A DNA stretch of 64,000 bases from Clostridia bacterium (GTDB lineage: Bacteria > Bacillota > Clostridia > Oscillospirales > SIG627): assembly GCA_017517325.1 (NCBI GenBank), contig JAFWZW010000018.1, forward strand, positions 8,061-72,060. Direction: 5' to 3'. This document shows positions 48,285 to 57,508 of the stretch, piece by piece. The position numbers and the translations under genes were made by a program. Every line of letters begins with the position of its first letter. Within the stretch, counting starts at the first letter, position 1. Below the pieces are notes generated by a model that was not told where the DNA came from, did not search any database, and saw only the letters and a program-made list of their open reading frames with translations.

Positions 48285-49604
48285 ATGAAAATCGTTGCTT
48301 TAAACGGACTTTTGGGATACGGCTACAGCGAAGAAGCGCTGGAGGTTGCCTTTTCCGAAAAAGTCGACTATTTAGGCGTAGACGCCGGCTCCACCGACCC
48401 CGGCCCCTATTATTTGGGAAGCGGAAGATCCTTTACGGATCGCGCGGCAGTCAAGCGTGATCTGGCGCTGGCCCTTCCCAAGGCACTGGCTCAAAGGGCG
48501 CCCTTTATCATTGGAACGGCAGGCGGTGCGGGAAGTGCCCGTCACGTAGCCTGGCTGAAGGAGATCATTCTGGAAATTGCCGCAGAAAAGGGGCTTCATT
48601 TCCGTATGGGCATCGTGCACAGCGACGTAACGGGCGATTATGTTCTGGAAAAGCTGGAAAACGGAAAGATCCTCAATATGAGCGATGATTTTCCCTTAAC
48701 CAAGGAAAACGTAAAAGAAAGCACCGCCATCGTCAGCCAGATCGGCATTGCACCCATCATAAAGCTTTTGGAAGAAAAGGTTGACGTGATCCTTTGCGGC
48801 AGAGCCTGCGATACCGCCATTTACGCGGCCCCCTGCATTTTCGAGGGCTTTGACCCCGGCCTTGCTTTTCATATGGCAAAAATTATGGAATGCGGTGGGA
48901 TGTGCTCCGAGCCCGTTGCCGCCGCAGACGTAATGCAGGCGTATATGCATAAGGACTATTTCGAGCTTCGACCCGGAAGCCCTCATCGCCGCTGTACCGT
49001 TGACCGCGTGGCGGCCCATACCCTCTACGAGCAAACAAACCCCTACCTGATCTTCGAGCCTGATGGGGTGTGTGACCTGACCCATTCCCAATTCCGACAG
49101 GTGGATAATCGCACCGTGCGCGTTTCCGGCTCCGTTTTCCGCGAGGCCGATGAGAAAACCCTGAAGTTGGAGGGCGTAAAGTGCTCCGGCTACCGCACCA
49201 TTTGCCCCGCAACGGTCTACGATCCCGAAACATGCCGTCATATGGATCAGATCATTCAAACCGTTACGGATTTTGTAAAGGAAAACACAAAAAACACCCT
49301 TCCTCCCGAAAACTATTCCATCCGATTCAAAACCAACGGCGGCGAAGAAAGCTCCTTAGGTATCATAATGGACGTGGTGGGAAAGACCCAGGAGATCGCA
49401 GATACGGTCTGCGCTTTGGCAAGAAGCAGAATGCTTCACTGCGACTACGAGGGAAGAAAATCCTCTGCAGGAAATCTGGCGTTTCCCTTCTCCCCCTCCG
49501 ACATTCACGTGGGTGCCGTATATGAGTTTTCCGTTTTCCATCTGGCAAAGGTAGACTCCCTTCTTGAAACGTCAAAGATCACCATTGAGGAGGTAGCAGG
49601 ATGA
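48285..49604 (+). CDS. AtuA-family (DUF1446) protein
   Basis: MKIVALNGLLGYGYSEEAL...YLGVDAGSTDPGPYYLG is the family N-terminus as I recall it. It is paired with a DUF4387-like gene, the usual partner. Start taken at ATG 48285. Confidence 0.6.
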   Translation: MKIVALNGLLGYGYSEEALEVAFSEKVDYLGVDAGSTDPGPYYLGSGRSFTDRAAVKRDLALALPKALAQRAPFIIGTAGGAGSARHVAWLKEIILEIAAEKGLHFRMGIVHSDVTGDYVLEKLENGKILNMSDDFPLTKENVKESTAIVSQIGIAPIIKLLEEKVDVILCGRACDTAIYAAPCIFEGFDPGLAFHMAKIMECGGMCSEPVAAADVMQAYMHKDYFELRPGSPHRRCTVDRVAAHTLYEQTNPYLIFEPDGVCDLTHSQFRQVDNRTVRVSGSVFREADEKTLKLEGVKCSGYRTICPATVYDPETCRHMDQIIQTVTDFVKENTKNTLPPENYSIRFKTNGGEESSLGIIMDVVGKTQEIADTVCALARSRMLHCDYEGRKSSAGNLAFPFSPSDIHVGAVYEFSVFHLAKVDSLLETSKITIEEVAG

Positions 49605-49900
49605 AAAAGCTCATTGATTATACCAAGATCCTTCGTTCAAAAAACGCAGGTCCCCTTTTCATTACGTTTGATCTGATCTTTCACAACTTAGAGGATATGC
49701 AGTACGTTTCGGCACACCTGACGAAAAAACATATCGCCGAAGCATACGAAACGGCTGAGGAAAAGATCGACATCATCGCATACGACGTGGTCAATTCCAT
49801 CAAAATCACCTTTCCCAGAAAGAATGTCAGCGGAAGCATCGCCGACGATGATATTTACGGTTGCCAGCAGCACGTTCCTCTGGCAAATATTATTTTATAA
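49601..49900 (+). CDS. DUF4387-like small protein (AtuA partner)
   Basis: 99 aa. ATGA overlap with the upstream gene. ILRSKNAGPLFITFDLIF motif. Confidence 0.55.
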   Translation: MKKLIDYTKILRSKNAGPLFITFDLIFHNLEDMQYVSAHLTKKHIAEAYETAEEKIDIIAYDVVNSIKITFPRKNVSGSIADDDIYGCQQHVPLANIIL

Positions 49901-49920
49901 AGCACCGTTTGGAGGTAAAA

Positions 49921-51111
49921 ATGTACGCTGATCAAGAATATATTGTAAGCCTTCGGCGGGAGATCCATCAATATCCCGAAATCGGCTTTGAGCTTCCCAA
50001 AACCATTTCCGTTGTAAAACGCGAGCTTAAAAAAATGGGGATCGAATACACTGAGAATTACGGAAGATCCTCCGTTGTAGCCACGCTCTGTCCCGATAAA
50101 AAGCAGTTCACCATTGGCATCCGCGCCGATATGGACGCCCTTCTCATTGAGGAAAAGACTGATCTGCCCTTCCGCTCCAAGATCCCCGGGCAGATGCACG
50201 CCTGCGGGCACGACGCTCACACGGCTATGCTTTTGGGCACCGCCAAAGCCCTGAAGCAAATGGAGGAGAAGCTCTCCTGCAGAGTGATGCTGATCTTCCA
50301 GCCCAGCGAAGAGGGCATACAAAGCGGTGCGGCAGAGCTGGTGCGCGGGGGCCTGATGGACGAGATCGATATCATCATCGGTCTGCATATCGAAAACTGG
50401 CTGGAAAGCGGAACCGTTGGCGTATGTGCAGGCAGTTCCATGGCATCAAGCCGAAGCTTCCGCCTTGATTTCAACGGAAAAACCGCCCACGCCACCATGC
50501 CCCAAACGGGTGCAGACGCACTGGCTGCCGCCGTGCGCACGTACAACAATATTCAGTATATGCTGGCAAGAGAGATCAATCCCTTCAGCAAGCACGTATG
50601 CTCCATCGGAAAACTTTGCGGGGGCACCGGTCAAAACATCGTTGCGGATCACGCCTTTATGCTGGGCACCATTCGCACCTACGATATGGACTTAGATGAA
50701 TTTTTGATAAACAGGATCGAGCAGATCGCAAAAAATACCGCCTCGGAAACGGGGGTGGAGGCAGTACTTGAGACTTCACTGAAGGCCTACGTGGTCTATA
50801 ACAATCCGTACCTTTCAAAGCTTGTTCTTGAAAGTGCGGAAAAGGTTGCAAAGAACATTCAGAAAATGCCTGAAAAATTAAGCTCGGAGGATTTTTCCCA
50901 GTATTTAACCAAAAAGCCGGGGGTATTCATCCGACTGGGCACCCGAAACGAAGAAAAGGGCTGCACCACGCTTCCCCACAACAACGATTTTATGCTGGAC
51001 GAGGACGCCCTTTCCGTCGGCAGTGATGCCTGCGTGCAATTCGTCCTTGACAATATGAACGGTGTTGATATGGACAAGGTTGCCGCTTCCGACGAACGCA
51101 GAAAAGAGTAA
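49921..51111 (+). CDS. M20-family amidohydrolase (N-acyl-amino-acid / hippurate hydrolase type)
   Basis: LRREIHQYPEIGFE, MHACGHDAHTAMLLG and FQPSEEG motifs. Confidence 0.85.
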   Translation: MYADQEYIVSLRREIHQYPEIGFELPKTISVVKRELKKMGIEYTENYGRSSVVATLCPDKKQFTIGIRADMDALLIEEKTDLPFRSKIPGQMHACGHDAHTAMLLGTAKALKQMEEKLSCRVMLIFQPSEEGIQSGAAELVRGGLMDEIDIIIGLHIENWLESGTVGVCAGSSMASSRSFRLDFNGKTAHATMPQTGADALAAAVRTYNNIQYMLAREINPFSKHVCSIGKLCGGTGQNIVADHAFMLGTIRTYDMDLDEFLINRIEQIAKNTASETGVEAVLETSLKAYVVYNNPYLSKLVLESAEKVAKNIQKMPEKLSSEDFSQYLTKKPGVFIRLGTRNEEKGCTTLPHNNDFMLDEDALSVGSDACVQFVLDNMNGVDMDKVAASDERRKE

Positions 51112-51128
51112 AACAGAGGTAAAACAAA

Positions 51129-52046
51129 ATGATTAAAACAGAGCTTTACGAACAGGTACTTTTGGAAACCGTCAAACGGGGCGCCACGGAGCTCTCCGCA
51201 GACGTAAAGGAAGCCTTCGTTACCGCCATTGAAAAAGAGACGAATACGGATGCCAAAAAGGGGCTGAAGGCAACCCTTGAGAGTATGGAGCTTTCGGCAA
51301 AGAGAGAAAATCCCCTTTGCGTGGATACGGGCTGGCCCATCTTTTATTTTAAGGTTGGTAATCGGTGTGTTCTGGAGGGTGGCTTTGTAGAATTGGAAAA
51401 TGCCGCAAGGCGTGCCGTTGCCAAAGCCACGGAGCTGGGCTATCTGCGCGCAACCATGAAGCATCCTCTTACGGGCTTCGACCCGGGCAATAACATCGGT
51501 ATGAACATTCCCGATTTCACCTATCAGTTCGTTGACGGAGATTCCATTGAGATCTCCTACGCCGCCAAGGGCGGCGGAAGCGAATGCTTCGGCGGTACCC
51601 GCCATCGGATCGTAGCCTTTGCCGACGGCATTGCGGGGATCGAAAAATTCGTCATTGACAGCTTCGTTGCTTCCGCCCGCGCCGGTGCGGTCTGCCCTCC
51701 CTCCGTTTTGGGGATCGGCATCGGCGGCACGGCAAACGTTGCCGCAAACCTTGCAAAGGAAGCCGCCTGCCTTCGTACCGTAGGCTCCAAGCACCCCGAC
51801 CCTATGTTTGCCAAGATCGAAGAGGACCTATACCGCGCACTAAACAGCCTCGGAATCGGCATTTTAGGTGCAGGTGGTGATACCTCGGTGCTGTCAGTAA
51901 ACGTTGAATACGCCTACACGCACATTGCCGGCATTGCCGTTGCCACCAGCACCAACTGTATGGTAGCCCGTCGCGCCTCCACCCGAATCGAAGAGGGTGG
52001 CAGGGTGACCGTTATGAAGAGCCCTATGTGGTTCGGCGACCGATAA
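51129..52046 (+). CDS. Fe-S hydro-lyase alpha subunit (class I fumarate hydratase / L-tartrate dehydratase type)
   Basis: PLCVDTGWPIFYFKVG (CxDTG block) and AKGGGSE block. It is followed by the matching beta subunit. Confidence 0.75.
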   Translation: MIKTELYEQVLLETVKRGATELSADVKEAFVTAIEKETNTDAKKGLKATLESMELSAKRENPLCVDTGWPIFYFKVGNRCVLEGGFVELENAARRAVAKATELGYLRATMKHPLTGFDPGNNIGMNIPDFTYQFVDGDSIEISYAAKGGGSECFGGTRHRIVAFADGIAGIEKFVIDSFVASARAGAVCPPSVLGIGIGGTANVAANLAKEAACLRTVGSKHPDPMFAKIEEDLYRALNSLGIGILGAGGDTSVLSVNVEYAYTHIAGIAVATSTNCMVARRASTRIEEGGRVTVMKSPMWFGDR

Positions 52047-52061
52047 GAAAGGAGTTACAAA

Positions 52062-52685
52062 ATGGCTGAATATCATTTGAACGGTCCTCTTACCGATGCC
52101 GACGTGGAACAGTTGAACGTGGGCGATATCGTTTATATCAGCGGAGAAGTCTTCACCTGCCGTTCCCGTCTGCAAAAATACGTCTTTGACGAAAAGAATA
52201 CTCTTCCATTTTCCACCGAGGGCAGAAACATTTTGATCCACAACGGCCCCATCATCATTAAGGAAAACGGCAAGTGGAAGCTGGTCTCTTTTATGCCCAC
52301 CTCCAGCATCCGTTTTGAAAAATGGGGTGCAAAAAGCGTGGATCAATGGACTCTGAAAATGATCGTGGGAAAAACCACCATGGGTACCGAAACCGCTGAA
52401 ATGATGAAGGCGAAAAAATGCGTTCACGTTTCTCCCCGCTCCGTCAGCCCCAACCTTTGGATCGATTCCATTGAGGTGCAGGACGTGCACCTTTACGATG
52501 AATTGGGCAGGATCGAGGCCGCTTGGTTCTTCCGCGTCAAGGATTTAGGCCCTTTTATCGTAGATATTGATACGAAAGGCCAAAATCTCTTTGACCGTAT
52601 GGATGAGACCATTGCAAAAAAGAAGGAGCAGGCCCTGCGGGATTTAGGCATCGACCCCGATTATCAGTTCACAAAGCTGTACTGA
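52062..52685 (+). CDS. Fe-S hydro-lyase beta subunit
   Basis: LNVGDIVYISGEVFTCRSRL and MIVGKTTMG are typical of the beta-type swivel domain. AAAGGAG RBS. Confidence 0.7.
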   Translation: MAEYHLNGPLTDADVEQLNVGDIVYISGEVFTCRSRLQKYVFDEKNTLPFSTEGRNILIHNGPIIIKENGKWKLVSFMPTSSIRFEKWGAKSVDQWTLKMIVGKTTMGTETAEMMKAKKCVHVSPRSVSPNLWIDSIEVQDVHLYDELGRIEAAWFFRVKDLGPFIVDIDTKGQNLFDRMDETIAKKKEQALRDLGIDPDYQFTKLY

Positions 52686-52759
52686 AAAAAGCAGTTGATT
52701 CCGCAAACGATTTGTGTTACAATGGCTTTATTAAAAAGCATTCTACAGGAGATACCATT

Positions 52760-53389
52760 ATGACAAACGATCTTCTCACCATTGAAAACGGCGTTTTGAC
52801 GGAGCATTCCTATCCTTCCGAAGCAGACGGGCATCGCATCGTTCTTCCCCGCAAGGTGATAACCATTGGGGAAAACGTATTCCGCGGCGACCGAAACGTT
52901 ATATCCGTTGTCATTCCCGAAAGCGTCAGAGCCATTCAAAGCTGTGCATTTCAAAGCTGCACGGGGCTTGAAGCCATCGTGATTCCCGGCAGTGTAGATA
53001 CCATCGGCGGTCTTGCCTTTGAATACTGTGAGAGCCTGCAAACCGCCATTCTTTCAGAGGGCATCCGAAACGTGGAATACAGCGCTTTCTCCTATTGCAA
53101 AAAACTGAAGAATCTTTCCCTTCCCACGTCTCTGAGCTTCATTGGTGAAGGAGCCTTTTTCTCCTGCGAATCTCTGGAGGCCGTGGTGATCCCCGAAAAC
53201 GTCAGAGCCATTCCCGAAAGCACATTCGGTTATTGCGAAAACCTTGCCCTTGTTTTTCTTCCGGAAAGCGTAAAATCCATTGACGAAAGCGCCTTTGAGG
53301 GATGCGAAAAGCTGATGATCTACGCACCGGCGGGAAGCTACGCCGTTGAATTTGCAAAAGCACACAATATCCCCTTTGCGGAGCTATAA
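52760..53389 (+). CDS. BspA-type leucine-rich repeat protein
   Basis: About 23-aa repeats of the form IPESVxxIxxxAFxxCxxL, in at least six copies. No signal peptide from ATG 52760. Confidence 0.75.
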   Translation: MTNDLLTIENGVLTEHSYPSEADGHRIVLPRKVITIGENVFRGDRNVISVVIPESVRAIQSCAFQSCTGLEAIVIPGSVDTIGGLAFEYCESLQTAILSEGIRNVEYSAFSYCKKLKNLSLPTSLSFIGEGAFFSCESLEAVVIPENVRAIPESTFGYCENLALVFLPESVKSIDESAFEGCEKLMIYAPAGSYAVEFAKAHNIPFAEL

Positions 53390-53399
53390 AAAGCGAAAA

Positions 53400-53440
53400 G
53401 AAAAGACCTTGAAAACCTGTGGTTTTCAAGGTCTTTCTTC
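53400..53440. terminator. bidirectional terminator
   Basis: 16-bp stem aaagaccttgaaaacc / ggttttcaaggtcttt with a tgt loop. Confidence 0.75.
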
Positions 53441-54568
53441 TTATTTTTTCTTGGCCGTGGGACACACGTATTCGTTTTCGCGTATGCCCGGATAATGCTC
53501 GTCAAGATATTTTTCTCGGTAAGGGTTAACGCCTGCAGGCTTTGCGGCAGGCTGAAGGGGCAGCGCCCAGGATTTCTTTTTGTAGTAGGGGTTATGGAAG
53601 CTCTGCTCCTCCCTTTTAGCCTTTTCCATCATATCGTTGCAGGCACGGATACAGCCCTTGGCACCGCAAATGGAAAAATAGCCCGTGTGGTCAATGATCT
53701 GATTGTAATAATCAATAACGGCGTGGCTGCCGGGCTTACGGCCCCACTTGGCACCTGCCACGGAATAACTGAGGATATAGGCCTCCTCCTCTGTCATTTG
53801 AGAATTGCGAACGTCAAATGCCATATTGGGAAATTCCTTTTTCAGGAAGGGGGAGCATTCGGCATTCATACCGTGGTGAGAAAGGGTGCACCTGCCCATT
53901 TGTACGTCACCGAACCAGATCTTCTTTTCGCCGAAATCCACTGTGATACGGGCATTCTCATCCTTGGGATCGGGAATGGCGCCGCCGGGGCAGCTTTTGG
54001 TGCAAGCGCCGCAATGGAGGCAAAGGGTGCCCGTATCCAAAATGGGATCCGGTTCCAATTCACAATCCGTAAAGATAAGCCCCAAACGAACGCGGGGACC
54101 GTATTTTTTTGTCAGGAATACCTTGGACCAGCCGATCTCGCCCAGACCGCAGCCTGCGGCAATGACGCGGATGCTGCAAACCACGTCCGGGGGAACCTTT
54201 CCCTCGGCCACGGGCCTTCTGGTCGTGCCGTTACCTTCGGGAACGGCGGGATAATGGGCTACGGCCTCATAGCCGCAATCTTCGATGAAGCAGCTGAGCT
54301 GATAGGTCTTCATCGGCCGGAAAAAGGCGTTGAGCTTGTTATAGGTATAGAAGGTATAATTGTGCCAATGGGTCCCCTCTTCAATACCGCGGTTGGCACC
54401 GCGGGGAATGGGCATCGCAATGGCGATCACGGATCTTGCGCCCGGGAAATAGGTGATGGGGCTCATCAGAGTGGGGGCGTTGCGGAAACGCTCAATATTG
54501 CCGATGGCAATACAGTTGATCCCAAGCTCCTTTGCCTTCGCTTTTAAGATCTCCGAAGTCAGCTTCAT
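53441..54568 (-). CDS. 4Fe-4S protein of the epoxyqueuosine-reductase / reductive-dehalogenase-like family
   Basis: CLHCGACTKSCPGGAI ferredoxin motif plus a second Cys cluster (ICGAKGCIRAC). The N-terminus resembles that of its upstream paralogue. Confidence 0.5.
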   Translation of the reverse strand: MKLTSEILKAKAKELGINCIAIGNIERFRNAPTLMSPITYFPGARSVIAIAMPIPRGANRGIEEGTHWHNYTFYTYNKLNAFFRPMKTYQLSCFIEDCGYEAVAHYPAVPEGNGTTRRPVAEGKVPPDVVCSIRVIAAGCGLGEIGWSKVFLTKKYGPRVRLGLIFTDCELEPDPILDTGTLCLHCGACTKSCPGGAIPDPKDENARITVDFGEKKIWFGDVQMGRCTLSHHGMNAECSPFLKKEFPNMAFDVRNSQMTEEEAYILSYSVAGAKWGRKPGSHAVIDYYNQIIDHTGYFSICGAKGCIRACNDMMEKAKREEQSFHNPYYKKKSWALPLQPAAKPAGVNPYREKYLDEHYPGIRENEYVCPTAKKK

Positions 54569-54570
54569 CT

Positions 54571-55485
54571 TCAGTGACCCCGCTTTCCGCTTTTTGAGAA
54601 AACACCGCCCAGCACGTTTGCCTGCTCATCAGAGCGATCCACGGTGCCGTTTCCGCCAATGCTCCAGGCTTCGCTGTTGCGGAAGGAATTTCGGAAGGTA
54701 TTGGTCAGCGCGCCGCGTTCCTCAAGGCCGCACATACAGCTGCGGTTGCAAAGAGCGGCAATGCGGTCAGGGGCGCAGCGGGGTGAGAAGCGGTTAACGA
54801 TGGCACCGTTCTGACAGCGGTTGCAGATTTCATAATCAATTTTTCCCACGGTAAAGCTCTTCCCTGCGATTTTGATCTCTTCCGTTTCCTCCTTGCTGAT
54901 AGCGCCCAAAGGACAAGCCTCGGCGCAGGCACCGCAGGCGTTACAAACGTTTTCTTCCATCAAGGGGGTGACATCCAGCTCCGCATCGGTCAGGATCATA
55001 TGGAATCTCTGGCGGGAGCCGAATTCCCTCGAAAACAAAATGCGATTGTAAGAGAGGGTGCAAAGTCCGCAGGCAACGGCGGCATAATCAAAATCAGGGT
55101 ATACGTTGGGGGCGGCTCTTCCCTCCGCAACCGATACGCCGGAGGGAGGCAGATCGCTGGGGTTTGGAAAAATGGGCACGGCTTCATACCCGTTTTCTTC
55201 AATGAAGTTCGTAAGGTTATAGGCGGAAAGGGCGAGAAATTCATCCTCCAGCCAGTTTTTGCCAAAGAGGGCGTAATCCCCGAAGTTTGTTCCTTCCTCC
55301 ACACCGCGCAAAGAACCTCTGCAAATGCGCTTTCCTACCATAATAACGGTTTTAGCCTCGGGAAAAACGGTAAAAGGATTACACCGCTCCGAGACCCCTT
55401 CAAAACGGGATTGATCTGCAAAGCCGATCAGGTCGATCCCCTCTTGCTTTGCGAAAGCTTCGATCTTCTTTTTCAGTTCATTCAT
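54571..55485 (-). CDS. 4Fe-4S protein, paralogue of the downstream gene (QueG/RdhA-like)
   Basis: CNACGACAEACPLGAI motif. N-terminal blocks are shared with 53441-54568 (GxDLIGF/ CIAIG, FPEAKTVI/ FPGARSVI). 2-bp intergenic gap. Confidence 0.5.
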   Translation of the reverse strand: MNELKKKIEAFAKQEGIDLIGFADQSRFEGVSERCNPFTVFPEAKTVIMVGKRICRGSLRGVEEGTNFGDYALFGKNWLEDEFLALSAYNLTNFIEENGYEAVPIFPNPSDLPPSGVSVAEGRAAPNVYPDFDYAAVACGLCTLSYNRILFSREFGSRQRFHMILTDAELDVTPLMEENVCNACGACAEACPLGAISKEETEEIKIAGKSFTVGKIDYEICNRCQNGAIVNRFSPRCAPDRIAALCNRSCMCGLEERGALTNTFRNSFRNSEAWSIGGNGTVDRSDEQANVLGGVFSKSGKRGH

Positions 55486-55621
55486 AGGTCTGCTCCTTTG
55501 GCTTTTTTTCCATTATATTCAATCCGCCCCTTTATGAAAACCCATATTTTAACAAAAAGGTGGATTTTTCAACACTTGAAAAGAACGAAATAATATGATA
55601 GAATACCAAAGAGGTGAAATT

Positions 55622-56368
55622 ATGCTTTATCATTTGGATAACCCCATCACGAAGATCATCGAGGTGGAGCATCTTTCTTTCCCCGCAGGGGTCTTTTCCG
55701 TAGCACCGCGCACCTACGCCTCCCTTTCTTTTCGGATACGTGGTACGGCCACCATCGAAAGCGGCAATCAAAGGATCTTCGCCGATACCGGAGACATTCT
55801 GTATCTGCCCCAGAATATGGAGTATCAGGCAGAATATACCGACACGGAAATGCTCGTCATTCATTTTCAGACCCTCACCCCTCACAGGGAAATGGAGGTT
55901 TACTCCTGCGAAAACGGTGAGGAGCTTTATAAGCATTTTCTGCAAGCGCACACTCTTTTTAAGGACAAGGCCATCTCCTCCGCACCCTTTGTCATCGCTC
56001 GGCTCTATACCATTTTGGGAACACTGCTTGAGAAAGACACCAAGGCCAATTTACCGAAGCATTTTACCAGAGCCGTTTCCTTTTTGAACGCCCATTTCAA
56101 GGAGGACATCAATATGGAAGCCGTCTGCCGCCAATCGGAGATATGCGGCACCGTGTTCCGCGCCCTTTTTAAAAAATACTATCAAAAGACCCCCGTTGAA
56201 TACGTTACCACCCTGAGGCTCGAAAATGCACGAAACCTGATTTCAGGGGGGATTTCCATTGAAAGTGCAGCCTATGAAAGCGGCTTCAACGACCCCAAAT
56301 ATTTTGCAAGGGTGGTCAAAAAGCATTTCGGCTGTACCCCAAGAGAATTAAAGCTATACGGAAAATAA
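55622..56368 (+). CDS. AraC-family transcriptional regulator
   Basis: C-terminal HTH (ESGFNDPKYFARVVKKHFGCTPRE). Start at ATG 55622 behind AGAGGTG is preferred over 55595. Confidence 0.8.
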   Translation: MLYHLDNPITKIIEVEHLSFPAGVFSVAPRTYASLSFRIRGTATIESGNQRIFADTGDILYLPQNMEYQAEYTDTEMLVIHFQTLTPHREMEVYSCENGEELYKHFLQAHTLFKDKAISSAPFVIARLYTILGTLLEKDTKANLPKHFTRAVSFLNAHFKEDINMEAVCRQSEICGTVFRALFKKYYQKTPVEYVTTLRLENARNLISGGISIESAAYESGFNDPKYFARVVKKHFGCTPRELKLYGK

Positions 56369-56425
56369 AAATAACACCGGCTAGCGAGACTTCCTTATGA
56401 GAAATCTCGCTAGCCGGTGTTATTT
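56369..56425. terminator. long 20-bp-stem bidirectional terminator
   Basis: Stem aataacaccggctagcgaga / tctcgctagccggtgttatt. Confidence 0.8.
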
Positions 56426-57508
56426 TTATTTACATACGAAGATCTGATTTTTTCCTTGCTTTTTAGCTTGATATAAGGCCTGATCCGTCAATTCGAAAAA
56501 GTCTTCGTCCGTAAGCCCTTCATCATACTCCGAAATACCAGCGGAAAAGGTTATGGGAGTATCCGTAAAGCTGAAGCGATGCCTGCTGAAATGCTCCAAC
56601 AGATCGCTGATAATATCGAAAGCTTCATCAACGCCCTTATTTTCAAAAATGATGGCAAATTCCTCCCCGCCGTATCGGGAAGGGGTATCCCCCTTTTGAC
56701 AGCGTTCACCAATGGCGTTGGCCAGAAACAGTAAAACCTCATCTCCGCAATCATGTCCGTAGGTATCATTGATCTGCTTGAAATTATCAATGTCCAGCAT
56801 GACAAGGCAAAGAGGCTTGGCGGAAGCGGCGGCACGCTTCACCGTTCGATCCAAACGGCTGATAAAGGTGTTGTGGTTAAAAAGACCCGTCATCGGATCC
56901 CGCAGAAGGTCCGCCCGAAGCTTATTATACTTTTCCGTGTGTTTTTGAATGGCGGCAACGCTGTAACCGGAATACCGAATGATCACGGTGCCGCTCCCGT
57001 AAGAAACAACGGCAAAACCCACCAGGCACAAATAATTATACCACGTAGAAAGGAGTTCTTCCCCCGTTGCGGCAAAGACGAAATAGGTGCCCGTCAGAAT
57101 CAAAAGCGAAGCGATCAGGCTTACGTTCAACAATTTCCGATCATTAAACAAAGCGGAGAGCATAATGGGAAAAATGAAAGTGCAACCGGCAAGAGCCTGC
57201 TCCTTGTGCACCACCGTCACAAGGAAGGCCATTGCAAGAGCCGCCCCAATGGCGGTAGCGTTTTTGATTCTTTTCGTAATCCTTTGCTTTTTCAAAACAA
57301 AGCGCATAACGCAATGAATGGCTACATTTAAAGTCACGGGCAATACCACGGAGCACCATAGATAACGACTTTGCAAGGAAGCTTCTTCCCTACCGTCAAA
57401 AACCAATAAAAAGTATCCGATGATCTCAAGGAATGAAGCCGCAATCAAAGCCAATGCGTGCATATTGATAAGCTGTTTGCGAAAATGCGCCTGGAGTCTG
57501 TTATCCAT
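56426..57508 (-). CDS. membrane-bound diguanylate cyclase (GGDEF)
   Basis: Six or so TM helices followed by a GGDEF domain (RYGGEEFAIIF, DIDNFKQINDTYGH). Start taken at ATG 57508, which overlaps the upstream gene by 8 nt (ATGGATAA). Confidence 0.8.
   Translation of the reverse strand: MDNRLQAHFRKQLINMHALALIAASFLEIIGYFLLVFDGREEASLQSRYLWCSVVLPVTLNVAIHCVMRFVLKKQRITKRIKNATAIGAALAMAFLVTVVHKEQALAGCTFIFPIMLSALFNDRKLLNVSLIASLLILTGTYFVFAATGEELLSTWYNYLCLVGFAVVSYGSGTVIIRYSGYSVAAIQKHTEKYNKLRADLLRDPMTGLFNHNTFISRLDRTVKRAAASAKPLCLVMLDIDNFKQINDTYGHDCGDEVLLFLANAIGERCQKGDTPSRYGGEEFAIIFENKGVDEAFDIISDLLEHFSRHRFSFTDTPITFSAGISEYDEGLTDEDFFELTDQALYQAKKQGKNQIFVCK

Noticed and set aside
50859-51794. 311-aa minus-strand ORF
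   Set aside because: It is antisense across the M20/hydro-lyase gene boundary. It is a shadow ORF.
53441-55485. Calling the two Fe-S proteins respiratory reductive dehalogenases
   Set aside because: There is no twin-arginine signal, no rdhB-like anchor and no rdhK/C regulator. The proteins are shorter than RdhA. Only a generic QueG/RdhA-like family call is defensible.
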